Positions 9,601 to 18,003 are shown, numbered from the stretch's first letter. The stretch: 38,067 nt of DNA from an uncultured archaeon (GCA_964525635.1 CAZGJX010000031.1:1-38067); one strand, 5' to 3'. The notes: generated from the sequence alone by a model not told the origin. Program-made: numbers and translations.

Positions 9601-10205
9601 AAGAAAATTTCAATCAATTAGATGATTATTCTTTCAATGCAGCAATGACAGACTATATGGATAATGAACAAATCACGATATATTACCAAGGAAAATTGGT
9701 ATGGGGTATAGAACCTACAACTGGACCAATGAGTCCTAATTTAAATTCACCTAGTGATATAAATTATTTAGAGGGAGATACTGGAAATTCAATTACATGG
9801 ACAGCTACAGACGATAATCTAACAACCTATACAATCACTCGAGATGGTACTCACGTGGATTCTGGTTCATATACTTCAGGAGAATCAATTATAATTAATG
9901 TAGATGGTCTTTCAGAAGGTAGCTATACGTATATCTGTACTGTTTCTGATGCTGATGGAAATAGTGATACTGATTCTGTTATTGTAACAGTATCACCGAT
10001 TACTACTGAGTGGGAAAATGGAGATGTGAATCATGATAACAACGTTGATATTATAGATGCTTTATTAATAGCACAGTACTATGTTGGATCCGATCCACAA
10101 CCGTTTTATCCTGAGCAAGCTGATGTTAATAATGATGGAAATATAGATATTGTAGATGCCTTACTTGTCGCTCAAGCATATGTAGGACTCATAGAATTAC
10201 CTTAG
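6627..10205 (+). CDS. Secreted GH9 endoglucanase: signal, GH9, CBM3c-like, 2x FN3, CBM3, Ig-like domain, dockerin
   Basis: GH9 motifs LTGGYHDAGDHIKFG, YYDDLTWGATWLY, HPHHRAAHGS, DYVQNEVTIDYNA. PEPDPEPEP linker. CBM3 signatures LSYRYFINL...LLWGFEP and LSDITFRYWFT...NQLDDYSF...LVWGIEP. Two FN3 repeats (YYYKVTAVD, YYYKVSAVD). Dockerin GDVNHDNNVDIIDALL / ADVNNDGNIDIVDALL from G1132 (nt 10020). Confidence 0.95.
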   Translation: MKNSRVFFVKKVKILLMLLILVFPLISFLGNSVNRTIIDNQAIRNNAWQDIPLTDENGGPLYNYATACARTILFYDANRCGHNQGENRLNWRGDCHLNDSVTLALTDGSIVTIDLTGGYHDAGDHIKFGITQAYSASTLGWGLYEFREQFDVMGQADELLRAIKYQTDYYFKCHPEPNTFVYHVGSENDHSIWAPPELQLDKDSPRDVSYCNPDNPASDVCGSAAACLALMYLNYQSIDLEYAENCLQHAIDLYNLGKNYQGLSDGYGFYPSSSYYDDLTWGATWLYKATNDISYLDDVLVFISTLETDNNLENGIQWVNSWTHCWDVVWGGAFVVLAEITGDPLYIDVVEENLDYWSSNGMAETPGGLKYLNGWGVLRYTAAEALMALSYAKYSNNNYYRDFAASQMNYILGSNPINRCYIVGLGPNSAQHPHHRAAHGSETNSMDDPETHKHVLYGALVGGPGMDDQHNDVTSDYVQNEVTIDYNAAIVGALAGMQMFFAPEQIPEPDPEPEPEIEENYIMSKIITDDNQGIQVSCFINNHAIHPPRYDDTLSYRYFINLTGIYHLGYSIDNIIPVVYYIEGNAADVSDLQVFDDVNHIYFIELNYEGHAFYGDLEVQFGFIFRSIDNMEIFDSSYDFSRIGMTETLAKNYRIPMYRNGELLWGFEPVDDNIPPDSPTGLTAIALNPTQISLDWNDNIEMDVIKYRVYRSVVENFDPQISNLIGQCTTSQCLDENLTPLTTYYYKVTAVDYGNNEGTYSEEANARTLTPDDIPPAAPQNIIATPISAYQINLKWNDNIENDFLKYRVYRSLIDGFIPSVDNLVVETISSSYSDQRLNPETTYYYKVSAVDSSGNESPLSEQVSATTQARIIALRAQYKCGNTEDSTYDIRFEVNIYNDGDETLTLSDITFRYWFTSESLINTIQYACDYADLDNSNIIADFGTINNIDYLEIGILSTAIVASWNGGDGKTNTLPSNANIGNVQNRISCYEENFNQLDDYSFNAAMTDYMDNEQITIYYQGKLVWGIEPTTGPMSPNLNSPSDINYLEGDTGNSITWTATDDNLTTYTITRDGTHVDSGSYTSGESIIINVDGLSEGSYTYICTVSDADGNSDTDSVIVTVSPITTEWENGDVNHDNNVDIIDALLIAQYYVGSDPQPFYPEQADVNNDGNIDIVDALLVAQAYVGLIELP

Positions 10206-10254
10206 ATATAATTTTTAGGGGTAAAAACTCAAAAAATAGCATAAGATCTAAATC

Positions 10255-10275
10255 TTTTTTTTTTATTTTTTTATT
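10255..10275 (+). terminator. Possible archaeal-type oligo-T terminator after the GH9 gene
   Basis: Long T tract about 50 nt after the stop codon; weak evidence in such AT-rich DNA. Confidence 0.3.
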
Positions 10276-10526
10276 AAAACAAATCAATCATTTGTGAAAG
10301 ATAACTAAAACTAACCTCATTTTAAATGAATATTTCATTGCTTTAAAAAAAAATATCATAATATTCAAGATATTTTCCATTTCTATTGATAAGAAGGAAT
10401 TATTTAATTCATAATTTCAATATAGAAAGATATTATGAGAGAGATGTCTAAAAAGAACTTGATCATTGAAATACAATAAATATTGGACTATTAAAGTTTG
10501 ATAAACTTATTGACTTTTAATTATTT

Positions 10527-11372
10527 ATGACAATAGAAATTTATTATTTTTCAGGTACGGGAAACTCTTTATATGTTGCTAAAAAATTACAAAAAAAAGT
10601 ACCACATGCGAAACTTATACCCATAGTAAATCGTGTTAATAAAGATATTGTCAAATCTAATGCAGAGACTATAGGTTTTGTATTTCCTATATACTTTTTA
10701 ACAATTCCTATGCCTGTAAGTAAATTTCTTGAAGTATTTGAGTTAGATACCGCTAAATATATTTTTGCAATAGCCACACGTGGAGGATCTAAATCTCATG
10801 CATTTGAAGAAATAAATAAAATATTAAAAAAGAAGGATAAAATTTTAAATTCTCAAATTGATATAAATATGAATTTAAATCTTCCAATTTGGAATACTTT
10901 TCATGAACCTACATCAGATGAAATATCACAATGGGATTCTGAAATTGAGAATAAATTAGATATTCTTAGCAGAAATATTATTGCTAAAGAAAATTATAAT
11001 GTAGAAGATAAAGATATAAAAATTAAATTACCTTTATGGAAAAGAATCTTTTTAATGCCATTTAGGTCTTTTTTTACTAAAAGACTTTTTGTTTTATATC
11101 AAAAAATGGACTTTTACAATGATTTCAAATGTAATGGATGTGGTATTTGTGAGAAGGTATGTTTATCTAATAAAATAAAAGTAATTGAGAAAAAACCTAT
11201 TTGGCAAAAGAGTATAAAATGTTATTCATGTTTTGCTTGTATCAATTTTTGTCCAAATCAATCTATACAAATTAGATCAAAATTTCCATATAAATCTCAT
11301 ACTGAAATAAATGGGAGATATCATCATCCAAGTATAACTTACAAAGATATTGAAACGCAAAAAAATTTATAA
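10527..11372 (+). CDS. EFR1-family flavodoxin-like / 4Fe-4S ferredoxin fusion
   Basis: N-terminal YYFSGTGNS and GFVFPIY flavodoxin motifs; C-terminal CNGCGICEKVC and CYSCFACINFCP; terminal RYHHP. Confidence 0.88.
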   Translation: MTIEIYYFSGTGNSLYVAKKLQKKVPHAKLIPIVNRVNKDIVKSNAETIGFVFPIYFLTIPMPVSKFLEVFELDTAKYIFAIATRGGSKSHAFEEINKILKKKDKILNSQIDINMNLNLPIWNTFHEPTSDEISQWDSEIENKLDILSRNIIAKENYNVEDKDIKIKLPLWKRIFLMPFRSFFTKRLFVLYQKMDFYNDFKCNGCGICEKVCLSNKIKVIEKKPIWQKSIKCYSCFACINFCPNQSIQIRSKFPYKSHTEINGRYHHPSITYKDIETQKNL

Positions 11373-11485
11373 TAGTAACCAATTTTAGGAGAGAAAATTG
11401 CCATAGCAATAGATATTTTATTAAATTTGAGTAAATAATTTTTAATTAAAAGTATTTTTTTACGTAAATTTTAGCGTGATAATTA

Positions 11486-12238
11486 ATGAATAATGAGAAA
11501 AAAGAAAAAGATAATCCATGGTTGGAAGAAACAAATGTTAAAATAGCAACTGATTATTTTGATTATGCTGATTATTTTATTGTTGAGAGAAGAAGAACTT
11601 TAATTATATTGATAAGTATCTTTTCTTCTCATTTTAAAAAACCTGAAAAGCTCACTTTATTGGATCTTGGATGTGGTGATGGTTTTTTAACAAAAAAAAT
11701 AAGTGAAAAATATCCAAACAACACTTTTTTTCTTATGGATGGATCAAAAACAATGATAGAAAAAGCAAAAAATAATTTTCAAGGAGAAAATTATATCTTT
11801 ATCCAAAAAAGCTTTGAAGAATATCTCGAAGAAGAGGCAGACAATTTTAAATATGATTTTATTTACTCCTCATTTGCTACACATCATCTTGATTTCCTCG
11901 GGAAAATAAAACTTTATACAAAAATACTCCGAGAATTAGAGTACAAGGGGCTTTTTCTTAATATTGATGTTGTTATGCCTACTTCGGAAAGAAGTAAATA
12001 CTGGCAGTTGAATATATGGAAAGAATGGATAAAAGAAAAAATTAATATAAGTAATATAAAAGATAAAGATAAAAAACTAAAAGAGCTTTTAACTATGACA
12101 GAAGATAACCCCAAAGATGATATGCCGAGTGGAATGATTGAGCAGTTAAACGAGTTAAGTAAGATTGGATTTCGCGATGTGGATTGTTTTTATAAATATA
12201 GTTATTTTACGGTTTTTGGCGGAACAAAATGGTATTAA
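11486..12238 (+). CDS. Class I SAM-dependent methyltransferase
   Basis: LLDLGCGDG motif I, MDGSKTMI, YDFIYSSFATHHL, GFRDVDCFYK. Confidence 0.88.
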   Translation: MNNEKKEKDNPWLEETNVKIATDYFDYADYFIVERRRTLIILISIFSSHFKKPEKLTLLDLGCGDGFLTKKISEKYPNNTFFLMDGSKTMIEKAKNNFQGENYIFIQKSFEEYLEEEADNFKYDFIYSSFATHHLDFLGKIKLYTKILRELEYKGLFLNIDVVMPTSERSKYWQLNIWKEWIKEKINISNIKDKDKKLKELLTMTEDNPKDDMPSGMIEQLNELSKIGFRDVDCFYKYSYFTVFGGTKWY

Positions 12239-12585
12239 TTAATAAAATAAGAAAAAAATAACAAGAGGATAAAATTTAATTATTAATAAATTTTCCTTAA
12301 AATTGTTAGTAGAATTTGAATAAAAAAAGTGTGGAAAACATATGGTTTTATATACATATTTTTTATCCTTAAAACAGTTATTTTGGATCCAATTTTCATT
12401 AAAAAATTATATCTTTTCCATTAAAAAAAATTAATACCTAATATTATTTTTTATTTTAAAAAAGTAAAATGCCATAATAATAAAATAGAACAATAATTTA
12501 AAAATAATAAAAATTAACTAAAATAAAATATTTAATTAAATATCTTTTCAACTCTCAAAATCTATTAATCTCATTTTATAAAAAA

Positions 12586-13347
12586 TTACTTTATCCCAAA
12601 AAGTATACCTGCAGCTTTAAACATTTTTGAGAATATCTTTGAAAAATTTACTTCTTTAGGTGTACGCTCGAGAGTAATCTTTTTCAATCCGATCTTTTGC
12701 ATTTTTGACATAAATTGCTCTATATCACCATAATGTTTTTTATTGTAGATTTCATCTTGAACTAAGAACTTTCCACCTGGTTTAAGTATTCGAAGTATTT
12801 CCTGAATTAGTAAAACTTTGTTTTTTATGTTTCTTACTTCATGTAAAACAAAATTACTTACAACTAAATCAAATTCTTCATTTTCAAATGGAATATTTTC
12901 TGCAGATGCTTTAATAAATTTAACTCGATCTTGTACACCTGCCAATTTTGCATTTGATTCACACTGTTTTTGTGAATAATTCCAACCTATACCCCAATTA
13001 TCAATCCCAATTACTTCAATTTCAGGAAATTTCATAGCAAGTTTTATTGCAAGAGCTCCTGCACCCGTTCCAATATCTAGTGCTCTTCCTAACCCCTTCC
13101 AATTTGCTCGCTCAACAATAAGATCCCAAAATTTATGTTGTATATTTTTATCATTGTTATTAAGTAAAACATATATTATAAGCATGAATATAAAAATAAA
13201 ACTAAAAATTGAACCAAGTATACCAAATATAATATCTAAAACTAGATTTTTAACTACTATAAAAATAATCCAAAAAAAGAAAACAAAAATCCCTAAGAAG
13301 ATAACTATTGTTTTTGAGATCCAACTTTCAAAATCTGTCTTTTTAAT
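12586..13347 (-). CDS. Membrane-anchored class I SAM-dependent methyltransferase
   Basis: ALDIGTGAG, FDLVVSNFVLHEV, RILKPGG. The frame stays open upstream of ATG 13185 to TGA 13356-13354 and encodes KKTDFESWISK plus two hydrophobic helices. GGTGA at 13358-13354 precedes ATT 13347 (start inferred). Confidence 0.82.
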   Translation of the reverse strand: MKKTDFESWISKTIVIFLGIFVFFFWIIFIVVKNLVLDIIFGILGSIFSFIFIFMLIIYVLLNNNDKNIQHKFWDLIVERANWKGLGRALDIGTGAGALAIKLAMKFPEIEVIGIDNWGIGWNYSQKQCESNAKLAGVQDRVKFIKASAENIPFENEEFDLVVSNFVLHEVRNIKNKVLLIQEILRILKPGGKFLVQDEIYNKKHYGDIEQFMSKMQKIGLKKITLERTPKEVNFSKIFSKMFKAAGILFGIK

Positions 13348-13653
13348 ATTTATTCACCATAAATTATCTTATATTATAGGCTTAAATTATTTTTTAAATA
13401 AGAAAAATTAAAAAATAGAAGATTAATTTAGGGATAACTAATTAATTATATCATAAAAATTTTTGTTAATTTACACTAAAATTTTATCTTGAATTTACCA
13501 ATTGAGAAGATTATATTTCATAAAATTCAAAAATAAATAATCAATAAAAGAAATGGAATAACATAGACAACTCCATTATTAATAACCTCCTTACTAATGA
13601 AAATTCGATCTAGCTATCAAATAATTATGAATGATAAAAAATTTTTCGATTTC

Positions 13654-13812
13654 TTACAAATTCTCAATTTTTCTTTTTGAGACTTTTTCTTTAGTATAAG
13701 ATATTAAAGATATTATTGTTTCCTTAGGAATTTCATCACCTATATATAAAAGTGTACCTGGAGAAGGAAGACCCTTTTTCTTTGAAATTTTTTGTAATAA
13801 TTTTGATTTGAT
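13654..13812 (-). pseudogene. corA: N-terminal fragment of a CorA Mg/Co transporter
   Basis: Manual translation IKSKLLQKISKKKGLPSPGTLLYIGDEIPKETIISLISYTKEKVSKRKIENL* resembles the CorA N-terminal KKxGLxPGTLxxIG signature. GGGAG lies upstream, there is no standard start, and a stop follows after about 52 codons. Confidence 0.6.
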
Positions 13813-13868
13813 TTTTAATAACTCCCTTTTTAATTTTTATCTTTCTATTTTATCTTAAAAAAAAAAAA

Positions 13869-14519
13869 TTAAATTAAATTTTTTATCGTTAATAGTTTTC
13901 TATTTTGAATTAATAAAATCAACGCAAATATAGCCGTTGTTAGCATTATAATATCTTCATAAACTCCAAATATAGGAATTTGAATAAAAATTGGAAAAGG
14001 TATAGCCCATATAAGAAGTAAGATATAGGGTTTCAAATCGATATTTGGAATAGAGAAACTTAAAAAAATTAGAGTAAGTGCAGTTGTAGGGCAAGGAAAT
14101 GAACTTAAAAAAAGCATTCTAGGATAAATATGTCCTGATAAAAAACCAATTAAAGGATAAAAAGACACTAATAGTAATAAAACTAATATTATGTATTTTT
14201 GATACCTTAATTCTGGAACAATAAACTTAATACGATTTCTAACAATATCAAAACTGAAAAAGAATGCAATTGAAAGAAACAATAATGCAGAAAAAGCATT
14301 TAATTCAAGTCCATTACCATAGATTAAAAATAAAACAATTCCAATCCAAGCAAAACTAAAAGATATATACCCTTTAAAGATGATATTCATTTTTTTTCCT
14401 GGTTTTAAAAAAAATAAAATAATTAATATCACCATTGCTATATGTAAGATCATCTGAATTGGGAAAATATTAATATTATAGTTTCCCATTATATTCCACC
14501 ATTCTTCTGGGTCATTCAT
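13869..14519 (-). CDS. Multi-pass membrane protein (DUF6064-like)
   Basis: WW...YNINIFPIQ N-terminus, FYPLIG...GHIYP, FPCPTTALT, FGVYED; about 7 hydrophobic segments. Confidence 0.7.
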   Translation of the reverse strand: MNDPEEWWNIMGNYNINIFPIQMILHIAMVILIILFFLKPGKKMNIIFKGYISFSFAWIGIVLFLIYGNGLELNAFSALLFLSIAFFFSFDIVRNRIKFIVPELRYQKYIILVLLLLVSFYPLIGFLSGHIYPRMLFLSSFPCPTTALTLIFLSFSIPNIDLKPYILLLIWAIPFPIFIQIPIFGVYEDIIMLTTAIFALILLIQNRKLLTIKNLI

Positions 14520-14555
14520 AGTTCTTTAATCTTATTTTAATTTTATATATATTAG

Positions 14556-14576
14556 TAACTTTAAAAAGTAAAGTTA
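14556..14576. promoter_or_regulatory. Candidate operator for the HxlR-type regulator
   Basis: Perfect inverted repeat TAACTTT-N7-AAAGTTA between the divergent membrane-protein and regulator genes. Confidence 0.45.
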
Positions 14577-14702
14577 GTTTAATTATTAAATAAGATTCTT
14601 TATTTATAAATTAAAAACTAAAAAGGAATCAAGCAACTGAAAAAATTTACAGTTCTAAAATAATAAAAAACTTGACTCATGAATTTTGAGAATTAAGAAG
14701 AA

Positions 14703-15152
14703 TTGAAGATGATACCAAAAAAAGAGCCTGATTTTTATAAAACTTGGAAAGAAATGATACATCTCATTCCAGAAATGAGAAAAGCAGTAAAAATTGGGAT
14801 AAAAAGAGATCTTAAATTATTCATTCACGACATTCGGAGAATTCAAATGGAGAGAACAATATTAAAAAAAGCTTTAGAATTTTTTAATGGAAAATGGACA
14901 TTAGATATTATTTATACAATTGTACATTTAAAAAAACCTTATTATAATGATATCCAAAAGGTATTAGCAAATGTAAATTCTAGAACATTGTCGACACGAT
15001 TAAAAGAACTACAAAAAAAAAAGATAATTAGGCGAAATGTTGAAAAAAGTCAACCCATTCGTGTTTATTATACTATGACTGAATTTGGTAATGGTGTTTT
15101 TGAGATGATGATACCATTTATGTTCTATGTTATTTTTCCAAAAATAATTTAA
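14703..15152 (+). CDS. HxlR/DUF24-family winged-helix transcriptional regulator
   Basis: GKWTLDII, VNSRTLSTRLKEL, PIRVYYTMTEFG. Confidence 0.88.
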   Translation: MKMIPKKEPDFYKTWKEMIHLIPEMRKAVKIGIKRDLKLFIHDIRRIQMERTILKKALEFFNGKWTLDIIYTIVHLKKPYYNDIQKVLANVNSRTLSTRLKELQKKKIIRRNVEKSQPIRVYYTMTEFGNGVFEMMIPFMFYVIFPKII

Positions 15153-15412
15153 GAAGAATCACTTAATTATTTTTTTGAAGAACATAAGTAAAGAAAATAA
15201 TAACATTGATTATAAAGGTATTTTTGAATTATAAAAAACTATGCTAGAAAATAACAATAATCGTAAATTCAATCGATTTATATCTTATATAAATCTCCTG
15301 TATATAGATATCTTAGGGAAGATATAATTTTTACATATTTAATTTCTCAATATTTAATGATATAATAATTATCATTTAGTAGAATGAGTTTTGAAAAATA
15401 GTTATTTTAGAT

Positions 15413-15450
15413 CTATTTTCCATGAAAATAGTCTCATTTTCCATGGAAAA
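15413..15450. repeat. Tandem palindromes
   Basis: CTATTTTC-cat-GAAAATAG (15413-15431) and the perfect 14-mer TTTTCCATGGAAAA (15437-15450). Confidence 0.55.
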
Positions 15451-15646
15451 AGTAACTATATTTAAATGAGAATCATAAGAATAATACAATAAATAAATGT
15501 TTATTTTTTTTGGATAAAATTTCAATTCCTATCATATTATTCATATTTATTTCAGGTTTATCAGAATAATGAAATTAAAGTCCTAAGATGTTAAAATTTA
15601 AATAGAGAATCTTCAATTCCATCATTGGAATAATTCAATCTTTTTT

Positions 15647-16072
15647 TTAATGAATATTGATGGGGTCAATCCTATTTAGTAGGTTAATTTTATCAAAATC
15701 TTTATCGTGAGAGTAAATATTTTTGATATTATGTTCCAAAAGACTTGCTACAATTAGTGAATCTCTTCCACCAGTATTGTATTCTTCAGAAAGATTAAAA
15801 GCGAATAATATTGTTGATAGTGTAATGTTTAAAAAATTTATATTTTCTGAATCAATTATAGCAATTATTCTTTTCTTTACATCTTCTATTTTAAATTTAT
15901 ATGCTCTTATTAAAGCATGAAAACTCTCCATAAAAACTATAGCAGGAATAGAAATTATTTCATTTCCTTCTGCAATATTCACCAGAAGTTTCTTACATTT
16001 TTCATGTTCAGGTAAATCTTTATTCAAAGCATATACTAATATGTTAGAGTCCATTCCATTCATATTTTCCAC
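15647..16072 (-). CDS. vapC: PIN-domain (VapC-like) toxin
   Basis: MDSNILVYA, VFMESF, RDSLIVAS, IYSHDKDFD acidic PIN motifs; overlaps the upstream small gene. Confidence 0.88.
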   Translation of the reverse strand: MENMNGMDSNILVYALNKDLPEHEKCKKLLVNIAEGNEIISIPAIVFMESFHALIRAYKFKIEDVKKRIIAIIDSENINFLNITLSTILFAFNLSEEYNTGGRDSLIVASLLEHNIKNIYSHDKDFDKINLLNRIDPINIH

Positions 16073-16290
16073 ATATTTTTAGTTGCTTTAATTGCGTCTA
16101 TATCTTTAATTCCATCTGAAAGTGGGGTATCTAATAATTTTAACAATTTATCTTTATTTTTAGAATCTTTCCTGAGTTCATGACAAAAAATCAAATAATC
16201 CGCAATTTTCATATTCAGTTTTGCTGCTTCTTTTTTAATTTCCCACCATTTTTCTATTAGTTGATCATCAATAATTATATTTGTTCTCAT
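16060..16290 (-). CDS. Putative antitoxin (VapB-like, RHH N-terminus)
   Basis: MRTNIIIDDQL is a typical VapB N-terminus, so the start is moved from 16311 to ATG 16290. Overlaps the PIN gene by 13 nt. Confidence 0.72.
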   Translation of the reverse strand: MRTNIIIDDQLIEKWWEIKKEAAKLNMKIADYLIFCHELRKDSKNKDKLLKLLDTPLSDGIKDIDAIKATKNMWKI

Positions 16291-16299
16291 ATATGTAAA

Positions 16300-16312
16300 T
16301 ATGTAATACATA
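16300..16312. promoter_or_regulatory. Candidate autoregulatory operator of the vapBC pair
   Basis: Palindrome TATGTA-a-TACATA just upstream of ATG 16290, with another TATGTA half-site at 16292-16297. Confidence 0.45.
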
Positions 16313-16442
16313 CTATTAATAGTTTTTTATATCATATACATTATTAAACTTGCAAAAAACATAATCTTCTGTTGGCTCTATACTATTGATACTATCCGAA
16401 ATTAATGAATAACTATTTTAATTCATTGGGAGAAAGTAATAT

Positions 16443-16800
16443 CTACTTTATTCTTAATCCAAGAATTGATCCATAAGCTACAATATTATCCTCAGATCAA
16501 TTTTTATATCTTTTCATCACTCGTTGAACTGGCCAAATTATTGATGAATCAGGTAATTCTAAATTAATATTGATTTCTGCTTGAGGATCAGAATCATCAC
16601 CATTCCATTTTCCTCCTAATGATTTAGGTATTATTTCTCCAACATAACAACTAATAGCAAAAATATGGAATCCTAGATCTTGTGATAATAATCCACCTGA
16701 AATAGGATTTCCATTTTAAACTATTTTTACTGAAAAATCTTTATCATAATATTTATATTCCTTCTGAAGTATGGGAGGAATTAATATATCCACTAAACTC
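16443..16800 (-). pseudogene. Degraded conserved hypothetical (possibly immunity-type) gene
   Basis: 16712-16443 reads GNPISGGLLSQDLGFHIFAISCYVGEIIPKSLGGKWNGDDSDPQAEININLELPDSSIIWPVQRVMKRYKN*SEDNIVAYGSILGLRIK*, with an in-frame TGA at 16499-16497. The upstream part is out of frame and has no valid start. Confidence 0.55.
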
Positions 16801-16889
16801 ACTCTAATAAATGATATCTGTCATATCTTTAAGGAATGAAAATATTAATCAATATAATTTAAAGATTTAGTAGGAGATCTTAATTCTTA

Positions 16890-17034
16890 AATAATTTATA
16901 TGAGACCGAATCATCTACTTTTTTAGAGAAAGCAAAAAAAAGTAAATAATCTGAAGCTGAAAATGATGCAATTGAGCTAAAGCAACTATTATTTGAAAAA
17001 AATAAATTAAATGACCTAATAAATTCGTTTTAGA
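16890..17034 (+). pseudogene. Possible relic of a small helical (antitoxin-like) gene
   Basis: Reads NNLYETESSTFLEKAKKSK*SEAENDAIELKQLLFEKNKLNDLINSF*. Protein-like with an internal stop; the family resemblance is from memory only. Confidence 0.3.
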
Positions 17035-17181
17035 TGAGATTATTAAGACAGGTCAGGATAAACTTATTGTTGCATGTAAAATTTTATTGGAAAATTTATA
17101 TCCCAATAGACTCAATTCATTTATATCTGAATTATATAATAGTGAAAAAACATAAATAAAAACAAATTAAATTAAAATATT

Positions 17182-18003
17182 ATGCCAATTGCAAATCTTA
17201 AAGATGTGAAATTATATTATGAGATTCATGGAGAAGGATATCCAATCATATTATTACATGGATATGGAGCCACTAGCAAGATTTGGATTGCTCAATACAA
17301 AGTACTATCTAAGTTCTTTAAAATAATTATATATGATCAACGATGCTCTGGTATATCAGAACATTCTGATAAAGACTTTACCCTTGATACATTAGTAGAT
17401 GACTTAAGGGATTTAATAAGATTCCTCAATATTGATAAAGCCCATCTTATTGGACAATCTATGGGAGGATTCGTTTCTCAAAATTTCATATTGAAATACC
17501 CACAAATAATAAATAAACTTGTATTAATAGGAACTAATTATAAAGGATCAGGGTTGTCTATTTTCAAGAATACACTTAAAGAACTATCTGAACTTGCTAA
17601 AACTAATAAACAACAAGCATTTTGGAAATATGCTAAATTTATGCATCATCGAGAGGTTATTAAACAATTAAAGGCAGAACCAAAGAAAAAAGTTTATGAT
17701 TTATTTTCAGCTGAAGATTTAATAGAGGAATTCAAAGATAATCAAATGACTTCTGATGATTTTGACCGATTAGAAAAAGCTGGTTCCATGCATAATATTT
17801 TAGATAGATTACATGAAATTAATAATCCAACATTAATAATTGCAGGTTTTAATGATAAATTATCTCCAAGATTAGTGTTGGATGAAATGAATGAGATTTT
17901 ATCTAATAGTAAGATGGAAATTATTGAAAACGCAGGACATCATGTATTTTTAGACCAAGCACCATATGTGAATGAATTAATTATAAACTTCTTAAAAAAG
18001 TGA
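17182..18003 (+). CDS. Alpha/beta-fold hydrolase
   Basis: LLHGYG oxyanion motif, GQSMGG nucleophile elbow, PTLIIAGFND, AGHH. Confidence 0.92.
   Translation: MPIANLKDVKLYYEIHGEGYPIILLHGYGATSKIWIAQYKVLSKFFKIIIYDQRCSGISEHSDKDFTLDTLVDDLRDLIRFLNIDKAHLIGQSMGGFVSQNFILKYPQIINKLVLIGTNYKGSGLSIFKNTLKELSELAKTNKQQAFWKYAKFMHHREVIKQLKAEPKKKVYDLFSAEDLIEEFKDNQMTSDDFDRLEKAGSMHNILDRLHEINNPTLIIAGFNDKLSPRLVLDEMNEILSNSKMEIIENAGHHVFLDQAPYVNELIINFLKK

Noticed and set aside
4036-10205. Cohesin or scaffoldin domain within the window
   Set aside because: The beta-rich modules fit PKD, FN3, CBM or Ig patterns; no cohesin repeat was recognised.
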